A DNA stretch of 64,000 nucleotides from a virus. The notes below the pieces were generated by a model. The model made no database searches, was not told the DNA's origin, and worked only from the letters and a program-made list of their open reading frames with translations. The position numbers and the translations under genes were made by a program. Of the stretch, positions 10,211 through 18,224 are shown in pieces (position 1 is the stretch's first letter; every line of letters begins with the position of its first letter). The stretch lies in IMG/VR virus record IMGVR_UViG_3300025861_000007, one strand, 5' to 3'.

Positions 10211-11329
10211 ATGAGTAAAGTATTTTTAGAGTACATTTGGCTTGATGGTAATAAACCTCAAAAACTTCGAAGTAAAACTAAGGTGGTTAATGAGACTGAT
10301 ATCATTAATGCTGAAATTAAAGATTATCCACTATGGAGTTTTGATGGTAGTTCTACTAAACAAGCCGGTGATGAAGAATATGGTTTTAAAGGTACCGATT
10401 GTGTATTAAAACCTGTCTACATTGTTCCTGATCCCTTTAGAGAAAAAGGTCAACACAAATTAGTTTTATGTGAAGTTTACAATCCAGATGGTAAAACACC
10501 TCACAAAACAAACACAAGAAGTAAGTTAACAGAACTACTTAAAGAACTTAAGTTCAAAGAATATGATGCTAATTTAAAAGAAGTTCCTTGGTTTGGGTGG
10601 GAACAAGAATACATCATTACACACCCAGCAAACCAATCATCCCCATTTCAATTCGACGGGGGAATCCCATTAGGCTTTAACGCAAATCAAGAACACCCTA
10701 GACCACAAGGTGATTACTACTGTGGTGTTGGTGGATTAAATGTTATCGGCCGTGAAATAGTTGAGGAACATTTAAAAAAATGTGCTCAAATTGGGTTAAG
10801 TATTGGAGGTATTAATGCAGAAGTTTTAATAGGTCAGTGGGAATACCAAATTGGCCCTGTTACCGCTATTAATGGTTCCGACCAATTATGGATTTCACGT
10901 TATATTCTACAAAGAATTGCTGAAAACTATGGATTTGACATATCTTATCACCCAAAACCTGTTAAAGGTGATTGGAATGGTAGTGGATGTCACGTTAATT
11001 TCTCAACCAAAGAGATGAGAGAAAAAGGTGGACTTAAAAAAATATTAGAAGCGTGTGAAAAACTAGCGGAAAGACATAAAGAACATATCGATGTCTACGG
11101 TGAAGAAAATCATCTACGATTAACTGGTAAACATGAGACTTCTAGTATAGAAAAGTTCAGTTTTGGTAATTCTGATAGGGGTTCTAGTGTGAGAATTCCT
11201 GTACATACTTACACAAATGAAAAGGGTTATTTTGAAGATAGAAGGCCGGCAGCTAACTGTGACCCATATAAAGTTTCATTGGTGATGATTGAAACCGTAT
11301 TCGATAAAGCCGGTATAACAGTACAATAA
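10211..11329 (+). CDS. glnII: Glutamine synthetase type II
   Basis: EYIWLDG, WSFDGSST, WFGWEQEY, GINAEV..GQWEYQIGP, PKPVKGDWNGSGCHVNFST, RLTGKHET, GYFEDRRP; 372 aa. Confidence 0.95.
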   Translation: MSKVFLEYIWLDGNKPQKLRSKTKVVNETDIINAEIKDYPLWSFDGSSTKQAGDEEYGFKGTDCVLKPVYIVPDPFREKGQHKLVLCEVYNPDGKTPHKTNTRSKLTELLKELKFKEYDANLKEVPWFGWEQEYIITHPANQSSPFQFDGGIPLGFNANQEHPRPQGDYYCGVGGLNVIGREIVEEHLKKCAQIGLSIGGINAEVLIGQWEYQIGPVTAINGSDQLWISRYILQRIAENYGFDISYHPKPVKGDWNGSGCHVNFSTKEMREKGGLKKILEACEKLAERHKEHIDVYGEENHLRLTGKHETSSIEKFSFGNSDRGSSVRIPVHTYTNEKGYFEDRRPAANCDPYKVSLVMIETVFDKAGITVQ

Positions 11330-11340
11330 TTTATGGTTTC

Positions 11341-11772
11341 ATGAAAAGAGGGAAAGAAATCAAACTCAACCTACCTTACGAATATAATGTTATTTCAGGA
11401 GCAGTTGACAACAAAAATCCAGAGTCTATTTACATACAGATATCGGCTTGGGGAAAACCAAAAAACAAAGAAGAAGATAATTTTGATTCAATAATTAAAA
11501 ACAAATCTAAAGTAGTAAAAAGAAAATTATATGAAGTTTTAGACTACAATCAATTTTTACCTAACGCAATAGTGGATTTTAATATGGCATCATCTGGTGT
11601 GTCCTACGATAAACGTAGTTTCATGTCAGTAGAACTGACCTTATTTCAAAAAACACCCACCCCCGTTAATTCCGAAAAGTTACTACCTACCCTTAACAAA
11701 ATATCTGAAAAAATAATAACAGATGTTTTCGAACAGGATGAAGATTTTAAGTTTTATAGAAGAAAAGTTTAG
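11341..11772 (+). CDS. Hypothetical protein
   Basis: 143-aa ORF. Confidence 0.7.
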   Translation: MKRGKEIKLNLPYEYNVISGAVDNKNPESIYIQISAWGKPKNKEEDNFDSIIKNKSKVVKRKLYEVLDYNQFLPNAIVDFNMASSGVSYDKRSFMSVELTLFQKTPTPVNSEKLLPTLNKISEKIITDVFEQDEDFKFYRRKV

Positions 11773-11776
11773 AAAC

Positions 11777-11805
11777 AAAAAACCCCGAGTAATCGGGGTT
11801 TTTTT
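11777..11805. terminator. Bidirectional intrinsic terminator
   Basis: AAAAAACCCCGA-GTAA-TCGGGGTTTTTT between convergent genes. Confidence 0.85.
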
Positions 11806-11850
11806 ATTATGCCTTAGGAGATTTTAATTGAAGTTGTGGTTCAACTTCGG

Positions 11851-12426
11851 CTAAGATACTTTTTTATCCTTTGAGAATTTGTAGATAGTGTCAATGAAAC
11901 CTTTTTTCACTGAGTACTTAGTTTCACCTACGATAAGGTTTTCCTTATCTTCCTTTGAGATTTGTTCACACTTCTCAATTAATTCAGAGATAACTTCTTG
12001 GTTACGTTCAAGAACCTCGTTATTAAATTTGTAGGTTGTTTGTTCATCAACAACTTCTTCACCATATGTTTCTTTGAGATATTCTGCTCTTTCTTCGTTG
12101 ATGTTCTTATACTTGTCTTGTACAACAACCATCACGGACGCACCCTGTTCTGATGCTAAAATGAATGATGATTCACGTTTACCTGTACGTTCAATAAGGT
12201 TACTAAATTCGGACATCCCCAAGTCACGAACATAACCATCAGCATCTTTAATTTCAGCCTCTAATTTGTCAATCTGTTCTTTTAATGTAGCTAACTTTAC
12301 AAGTTTAGCATGGAATTCAGCCATCTCCACGGGAGATTCAAATTTTGGAATGACGTGAGATTTGTCATTAGATTTTGTTTTCTTCTCGGTTGATTTCGAT
12401 TTCGCTTTATTAAACAGATTTGCCAT
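11851..12426 (-). CDS. Hypothetical early protein
   Basis: 191-aa ORF behind a host-type promoter. Confidence 0.75.
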   Translation of the reverse strand: MANLFNKAKSKSTEKKTKSNDKSHVIPKFESPVEMAEFHAKLVKLATLKEQIDKLEAEIKDADGYVRDLGMSEFSNLIERTGKRESSFILASEQGASVMVVVQDKYKNINEERAEYLKETYGEEVVDEQTTYKFNNEVLERNQEVISELIEKCEQISKEDKENLIVGETKYSVKKGFIDTIYKFSKDKKVS

Positions 12427-12458
12427 ATTGAGTTATAAATTTTAAGTGGTTAACAGTA

Positions 12459-12489
12459 CAAAGATATAAACTTATTTCATTTAGGCAAA
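12459..12489 (-). promoter_or_regulatory. Bacteroidota-type primary sigma promoter
   Basis: Minus strand reads TTTG-N19-TATCTTTG (-33/-7 consensus). Confidence 0.8.
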
Positions 12490-12500
12490 AAAAATCTCGT

Positions 12501-13823
12501 TTAAAACGAGATTTCTTCTAACTTACCTTCCACTTCAAAAGGGAATATTGGAATCCACTCCGTTATCTCATTGGCCATAGCTGGTTTACCACCTTCTTTT
12601 CTGTTTATAGCAATAGTGATATGTGGGTCTCTATTTTTAGTTACGAATTGAGTTTCAACTTTAACAGCAACCACCTTATCAGTATAACCAATATGTGTAA
12701 CCAACAAATCAAATGACTGTCCTAATAATGGTCTATATTCTTCCTTAAGAGGCCCCATATTGATTGTCATATGATGAGCTAATAACTCCCATTCACCCTT
12801 TCTTAAGGCCTTTTTTAGGTCTTTATCTGTAATTGCGTTATCAAAAATATAATTCATCATTTCAGTTTTAGTTTTGTTTGTTAAAACAATACCTGAATAA
12901 GCAATTTTTCTTTTTGATTCACTCATTATCTTTTGGAATTTTTCTTTCTCTAACCTATCTTTTTCAATACCAATTTCTTTACCCTTAAATCCTAACTTCA
13001 TTAATTCATCACCAGAAGTGGTAATACGATATCTTAAAAATGAATCAATTAACTTGTTTGGTAATCCCATGAACTGACCAAATGTTTTTAATGTTTCATC
13101 TTTCATTCTAATAGTATCAAACCTTTCACGTAATTTATAATGTGAACCACTTATTGTTTGATAGAATTTTATTAAGAAAGCAATCTCTCTCGCTTCTTCA
13201 GAAGTATACTTAAGATTGTTAACTAATGTTCTTTCAACCAATGTAGGGTCGTTACTTCTCAATAAAGAAGCTATAAGTACGATTGGATCCTTCGTCTCAA
13301 TCAAAGGTTCTGTTGATACAACTAACCTACCAAATATCCAATCCCAAAGGTTGTATTTAGTAATTAATTGAATGAAATAACCTACAGATTGTGATTGTTT
13401 AATACCTTTAATAAATTCATCCCTAATTCTTTCTTGAGATAATGAAAGACCATTCCCACTTACTGGCGTTTTATCTTTCTTTATTGCATTTTGTATATCT
13501 TCATCTAATTCGGAACCTACACGGGCAGCAAATCTAAACGCTCTAAGTATACGTAATTTATCTTCATCGAATCTCTCAGATGCTGAACCAACAGTACGAA
13601 CTACGTTTCTTTCAAGGTCACCAATACCACCAACTAAGTCAACTACTTCACCTTTATCGATATCATAGAAAAGAGCATTGATGGTTAAATCTCTACGTAA
13701 AACGTCTTGGTCTATTGAAGTAAATTCAACAGAATCAGGTCTTCTACCTGAACCAGTAAATTTCATGAATTCACTATACTCTTTAGGTAGTAATTCTTTA
13801 GCTATTTGTTCCCAGTTTTCCAT
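12501..13823 (-). CDS. cca: CCA-adding tRNA nucleotidyltransferase, C-terminal piece, fused to a 2H phosphoesterase
   Basis: GSGRRPDSVEF, RRDLTINALFYD, RFDEDKLRILRAFRFAAR; C-terminal HHMTI...PHITI pair. Confidence 0.85.
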   Translation of the reverse strand: MENWEQIAKELLPKEYSEFMKFTGSGRRPDSVEFTSIDQDVLRRDLTINALFYDIDKGEVVDLVGGIGDLERNVVRTVGSASERFDEDKLRILRAFRFAARVGSELDEDIQNAIKKDKTPVSGNGLSLSQERIRDEFIKGIKQSQSVGYFIQLITKYNLWDWIFGRLVVSTEPLIETKDPIVLIASLLRSNDPTLVERTLVNNLKYTSEEAREIAFLIKFYQTISGSHYKLRERFDTIRMKDETLKTFGQFMGLPNKLIDSFLRYRITTSGDELMKLGFKGKEIGIEKDRLEKEKFQKIMSESKRKIAYSGIVLTNKTKTEMMNYIFDNAITDKDLKKALRKGEWELLAHHMTINMGPLKEEYRPLLGQSFDLLVTHIGYTDKVVAVKVETQFVTKNRDPHITIAINRKEGGKPAMANEITEWIPIFPFEVEGKLEEISF

Positions 13824-14031
13824 TTTTATCTTGTTTAATAATTATATGTGAAGACCATCTATGTGGGAAACTACCAAAAGTGGCTAATTCACACTTTGTA
13901 TCTTCACTATATTCTTCAATAGTTTTATCTATTATATTACGTAATTCAATTAACGAACCCTCAAAGTTAAAAGTTCCATTAATAGTTAAATCACCATCTC
14001 TATTTATATAGGTTGTTTTATTTTCGTTCAT
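13798..14031 (-). CDS. Small hypothetical protein inside the cca insertion
   Basis: MNENKTTY start overlaps the endonuclease stop; 3' end overlaps the cca C-half start. Confidence 0.55.
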   Translation of the reverse strand: MNENKTTYINRDGDLTINGTFNFEGSLIELRNIIDKTIEEYSEDTKCELATFGSFPHRWSSHIIIKQDKNGKLGTNS

Positions 14032-14702
14032 TTTAATTTCCATTTATAACCACCACATTTATTTCTATTACCATTTATTACTGACCAAATATTACCTTGA
14101 CTTAAACCAAGATGTTCGGCAGCGTATTTAGCACTCCTCCACTCTTTTATCACCTTACCTTCTTTATCTAATTGTAAAACTGACTGTGCATTCCAACTCA
14201 CAGTACCCTTTTTACTTTCAGATATTTTTTTCTTTGTTTCTTCACTATGTTTAGATCCCTTATGTCTATTATTACCAATAAGTGATTTACTAATTTTATC
14301 TCTAAATTCTTTAGTCCTCATATGTGACCTATCCATTTTTTTAGAAACCTCAGATATTTTCCTTTTAGCCTCATCACTATGTTTATGACCCATAGAACCT
14401 ACATCACCACCGATTGTTAGATTAGTTAATTTATGTCCGTTATTTTTAAACTCACTAATCCAAAACACCTCACGTTCGTTTAAAATGTATAAATCACATT
14501 CTTCTAAAATTTCTATTTTAACATCGTTTAATAAACCCTTATCTCTTAAACCAATTAACCAGCTATTTTTATGGCTAATACTTTTATCAATATCATTTAA
14601 ATGTCGATATAATCTAACTTTAAGTTTTTGTATAGTTTTACCGATATATCTACATTCATTATTTGTTGGATCTATTAATTTGTAAATGTAACCTTTTTCC
14701 AT
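14028..14702 (-). CDS. GIY-YIG homing endonuclease
   Basis: GYIYKL...RYIGKT, EREVFWI, NUMOD3-like HSDEAKRKISE repeats, C-terminal NUMOD1-like HTH; own ATATTTAT promoter. Confidence 0.9.
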   Translation of the reverse strand: MEKGYIYKLIDPTNNECRYIGKTIQKLKVRLYRHLNDIDKSISHKNSWLIGLRDKGLLNDVKIEILEECDLYILNEREVFWISEFKNNGHKLTNLTIGGDVGSMGHKHSDEAKRKISEVSKKMDRSHMRTKEFRDKISKSLIGNNRHKGSKHSEETKKKISESKKGTVSWNAQSVLQLDKEGKVIKEWRSAKYAAEHLGLSQGNIWSVINGNRNKCGGYKWKLK

Positions 14703-14742
14703 GATATTTTATTTATAAATATCATGATATTTCTGAATGTAG

Positions 14743-15162
14743 TTATTTCATTTTTAGTTTCTCTAAAAATAGTTCATAACTACCGTTATTTAACGTTTTC
14801 AAATACACTAAAAAAGAACTCATACTTTTATCTTTAAAAGATAAATCACGTCTAAAAGTAGCTATTTCATACTGACCATCTTCGGTAACCACGTTAACAA
14901 TAGCAAACTGTTCACCCATATCAATGGTACGATACATACGTAACATAGATTTAACTTTATCTGGTGTTGCATCTGTGGCTAGGTCAAAATCTTTAGGTTG
15001 ATTACCCATTAATAAATCTCTAACAGCTCCACCAACAACGTATAATTCATGACCGTTTTCTTTAAAAATACGATTCATCCTTAATACGGATTCGGGTAAA
15101 TCCATACCTATCTTCTTTCTTACAATTTCCTCTTTCAATAAATTTCTAACCGTGTTCCTCAT
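14743..15162 (-). CDS. cca: CCA-adding tRNA nucleotidyltransferase, N-terminal piece
   Basis: YVVGGAVRDLLMG...KDFDLAT (catalytic DxD), YEIATFRRD, then a non-homologous 33-aa tail. Confidence 0.85.
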   Translation of the reverse strand: MRNTVRNLLKEEIVRKKIGMDLPESVLRMNRIFKENGHELYVVGGAVRDLLMGNQPKDFDLATDATPDKVKSMLRMYRTIDMGEQFAIVNVVTEDGQYEIATFRRDLSFKDKSMSSFLVYLKTLNNGSYELFLEKLKMK

Positions 15163-15211
15163 ATATTGTAAATATCAATATTTATGGCATATTTATAAAT
15201 AAAATCTACAC

Positions 15212-16048
15212 ATGAAAATTTTAAAACCAGGTGAAACAAACGTAAAAGGATTCCTAGTGGAATACGATTCAGGTTTCATATCACCCAATTTAGAATACAA
15301 AGGTAAGAAAAATTTAGATTTAATTAAAGAACATCTAACTCCAATGAGTTTCTTAAATGAATTTAAATCAGGTACCAATATAGGCAAAGATGGTAGTTTA
15401 CCAGATGTTGTTATAGTATATGCTGTATTACAAAAATGGGGTGTTGAAAATAAAAACGGAAGAATATATCCAAAAGAAATTCTCGAGAGAGAAAATAAAA
15501 AATATCAAGAATACATTAAGATGGGAACTTCTCTAGGTGAGTTAAATCACCCAGAGTCTTCAATTATCGATGCTGATAGGGTTTCACATAGAATTACTGA
15601 AACTTGGTGGGAAGGTAAAACCTTAATGGGTAAATTAGAATTAGATACCACACCTGGTTATCATAAACTTGGTGTTATTAGTTCTGTTGGTGACAAAGTT
15701 GTCAACATGATTAGAAAAGGGTGGACTGTTGGTATCTCATCTCGTGGTGTTGGATCCCTTAAACAAGAAGGTGGTAAAAATGTAGTACAAGACGATTTCG
15801 AATTAATCTGTTGGGATATCGTTACATCACCATCGACTCCAGGTTCTTGGATTTCTACTGATGACGGTGATTTAAAACAATTTACAGAATCCTATAGTAG
15901 AGATAATAATTGTAATGGATATACATGTCAATGGAATTTAGTAGAAGGATCATCTTCAATAACAATACCAAGTGATACTATTTTTAACGTACAAGGTACA
16001 AATAGAGATGTTAAATTATTAGACGGGTTAAACAAATTTTTAAAATGA
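15212..16048 (+). CDS. Prohead core protease (T4 gp21-like)
   Basis: NKNGRIYP, LGELNHP, VGISSRGVGS, DFELICWDIVTSPSTPGS. Confidence 0.93.
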   Translation: MKILKPGETNVKGFLVEYDSGFISPNLEYKGKKNLDLIKEHLTPMSFLNEFKSGTNIGKDGSLPDVVIVYAVLQKWGVENKNGRIYPKEILERENKKYQEYIKMGTSLGELNHPESSIIDADRVSHRITETWWEGKTLMGKLELDTTPGYHKLGVISSVGDKVVNMIRKGWTVGISSRGVGSLKQEGGKNVVQDDFELICWDIVTSPSTPGSWISTDDGDLKQFTESYSRDNNCNGYTCQWNLVEGSSSITIPSDTIFNVQGTNRDVKLLDGLNKFLK

Positions 16049-16422
16049 AAAAAGTAGTTAGACTTAAAGAAAATGATATTGAGAAACTCGTTAAGAAAAT
16101 CATCAGAGAAAATGATGAACAGTTGGGTATGGATCCTGAAGAAGAAGAATTTGGGGAGGAAGATGAAGATTACGGACAAGGTTATGAAATGGGGGAAGAA
16201 TTTGCAGGAGGACTTTTAGAAGAAATTCAATCTATTAGAGATAATGAAGAATTACTAGATACAGCTTTAAGAGGTTTTGTAGATGGTTTTAATGCGGAAA
16301 TGGAATCCAACGGAATTAACTTAGAACTTTCACACCTAATGCAAGGTTGGAGAGAAGGTATGGTGGAATCTTATAAGTTAAAAAATATTATTGACTATAA
16401 GAGAACTAAACGTAAAAAATAG
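16045..16422 (+). CDS. Acidic protein with putative capsid-targeting leader
   Basis: MKKVVRLKENDIEKLVKKIIREN; leader nearly identical to that of 24345..24779. Confidence 0.7.
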   Translation: MKKVVRLKENDIEKLVKKIIRENDEQLGMDPEEEEFGEEDEDYGQGYEMGEEFAGGLLEEIQSIRDNEELLDTALRGFVDGFNAEMESNGINLELSHLMQGWREGMVESYKLKNIIDYKRTKRKK

Positions 16423-16433
16423 ATATTTAAATT

Positions 16434-16472
16434 GCGCAGCTGCGCTTTTGCAAAAGCAGCTTAGCAAGCAGC
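16434..16472. other. GC-rich overlapping palindromes in intergenic DNA
   Basis: GCGCAGCTGCGC (16434-16445) and GCTTTTGCAAAAGC (16444-16457), plus AGCAGC repeats. Confidence 0.7.
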
Positions 16473-16493
16473 AAAAGATCAAAAAATTAAAAA

Positions 16494-17122
16494 ATGGAAA
16501 ATAGAATTAATAGACTTATTTGGGAAGCAAAAAATCAGGAAAACCTGTAAATCCTTGGGCTATTTGCACATCTTCAGTTGGTGGTAAAATTGGTGACACC
16601 AAAAGAACTGACTGGACTAAAGATCAAAAAGAAAGATATGAAAAATGTGTTAAAGATGTTAAGAAAAAATCTCCAATAAAAGAACATCATGGTGAAGATT
16701 GGAATCCAAAGATTTTAGATATGTCTTTAAATACTTTCTTAGATAAACTTAAGAATATTGATAAGTCTGGTTATGATAGAATAGAAGATATTATCGATAG
16801 AAATAAATCCAAAATTGTTAAGGAAGGTAGAATTAATGAATATGGTGGTTACGATGATCCAAGTATGTACGCTAGACACGCTGGTTCTTACATGGGTAAC
16901 GTAAAAGATGGGTATAATGCTATCGCAACAGTTTTAAATCATTTCGATAAATTAAGTGCTGAGATATTGGATGATAAATTACGTAAAGAAGTTGAAAAGT
17001 TTCTACTCCAAGTTCAAAATCCTTTAACTAGTTTAGGTAAAACAATTATCGATACTGAGAAAAGACATATAGGAAATCTTAGAGGTGGAAGACCAACTCC
17101 AAGACCTGAAGAAGGAGAGTAA
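16494..17122 (+). CDS. Putative head protein requiring a -1 frameshift at A6 (16529-16534)
   Basis: ATG 16494 gives MENRINRLIWEAK then stops at 16548; the -1 frame continues KSGKPVNPWAICTSSVGG to 17122. Confidence 0.65.
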
Positions 17123-17142
17123 TAAATAAAAATACTATAAAT

Positions 17143-17178
17143 AGGGGGATATGATTTACATATCCCCTTATTTTTTTT
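17143..17178 (+). terminator. Intrinsic terminator
   Basis: GGGGATATG-ATTTA-CATATCCCC followed by T-run. Confidence 0.75.
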
Positions 17179-17215
17179 ACTCTTAATTCAACATAAACAA
17201 TCAAAAATTTTAAAA

Positions 17216-17446
17216 ATGGATAGTGTAGTAAAGTACTTCTTAGTGAAAGTAGAATTTGAAACCATTAACGAGAGTAATGGAAAACAAAAAAAGATTAAAA
17301 CACAGTATCTTGTAGATGCTATGACGTGTACTGAGGCTGAAGCTCGTGTACGTACGTATTTGAAAGATTCTGTAATGGATTACGAAATTGTGAGCACAGC
17401 GAAAAGTCCTATTGAGGACGTAATTCAAGTTCCTGTAAAAGCTTAA
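17216..17446 (+). CDS. DUF4494-like small protein (Bacteroidota family)
   Basis: YFLVKVEFET..NGKQKKIKTQYLVDAMTCTEAEARV. Confidence 0.65.
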   Translation: MDSVVKYFLVKVEFETINESNGKQKKIKTQYLVDAMTCTEAEARVRTYLKDSVMDYEIVSTAKSPIEDVIQVPVKA

Positions 17447-17916
17447 TGACGATATTTTTTAGGTAAACCAACACGGTCAGCTAAATCTTGGAATATTCCT
17501 CCATGATTTCTTGCTTCTTCATCTTCGATACCGTGTGCCGCATGAATTAATTCATGTTTAATAATATCTTCAACGTAATCAGTGTCATTTAAGGCCTTGG
17601 GGTGTATTTTCATTACTCCAAGGTCTTTTTCATTTTCTGGGTGTTTAAAAGCACCTATCTTTCCGTCTTTAATATTATCATCAACTTTGATTACAATATT
17701 ATCACCGTTAACAGGTTCTTCACCTGTTAAGTCTTCGTAAGCATCCTCAACGTCCTGTTGAATCTGATCCTTCATATAAGAAACTTTTCTAGTAGCTTTT
17801 GGATATTTTGAATTCTTATCCAATTTTTTTTGCATATAGTCTGCCTTATCAGAAATATCGTTTTTTGTACGATTTTCAACGAATTCTCTTAGTACTCTTT
17901 TAATATTGTGTCTCAT
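17443..17916 (-). CDS. SprT-like zinc metallopeptidase
   Basis: IIKHELIHAAH followed by NHGGIFQDLADRVG; leader MRHNIKRVLRE; ATATTTAT upstream. Confidence 0.7.
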   Translation of the reverse strand: MRHNIKRVLREFVENRTKNDISDKADYMQKKLDKNSKYPKATRKVSYMKDQIQQDVEDAYEDLTGEEPVNGDNIVIKVDDNIKDGKIGAFKHPENEKDLGVMKIHPKALNDTDYVEDIIKHELIHAAHGIEDEEARNHGGIFQDLADRVGLPKKYRH

Positions 17917-17994
17917 TTACAATAAATATCTTTCTTTTTTAATAAAATTTTTTTCTTTTTTCTATTGACTCTTTGCACTTTGCGTGTGGCACAC

Positions 17995-18002
17995 ATATTT
18001 AT
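17995..18002 (+). promoter_or_regulatory. Putative phage late promoter ATATTTAT (example; about 18 copies in the window)
   Basis: Sense-strand copies shortly upstream of starts: + at 4270, 6403, 15189, 21514, 22476, 24322, 55489, 62432; - at 14715, 17922, 28144, 31712, 48390, 52573, 56658, 58416, 62164. Confidence 0.7.
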
Positions 18003-18004
18003 AT

Positions 18005-18167
18005 GACGGAGCGCTGCAAAGAATATATTAAAGCAAGGAATAAACATATTGTCTGGTTGTGGGATGCAGTCGGACACAAAACAAAAACAGGAGGAGGCGT
18101 TACCATTAGGTGAGTCTATGATTCCTGAAGCCCAACCTATCGCCTCTGGCGTGGGTGGGTAGTTCAC
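18005..18167 (+). mobile_element. Internally deleted IS200/IS605 element (tnpB 3' end / omegaRNA region)
   Basis: Starts GACGGAGCG; encodes TnpB tail AAKNILKQG...SGCGMQSD...EAQPIASGVGG*; ends TAGTTCAC. Confidence 0.8.
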
Positions 18168-18224
18168 TAATGAAATCTTGCACCTAATGTGCAAGTGATA
18201 ACCATTAAAAAGAAAAAATAGAAA

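Noticed and set aside
13965-14000. DLTIN in the small inserted ORF resembling cca RRDLTINA
   Set aside because: Only five residues, with no flanking similarity; likely chance
13824-14742. Group I intron or intein explaining the cca split
   Set aside because: Almost no non-coding room for a ribozyme core; the protein ends lack intein C/S start and HN-C/S/T end motifs. RT-PCR is still needed to exclude splicing fully.
16444-16464. AFAKAA* reading resembling a tmRNA tag
   Set aside because: No tRNA-like ends or pseudoknot region around it
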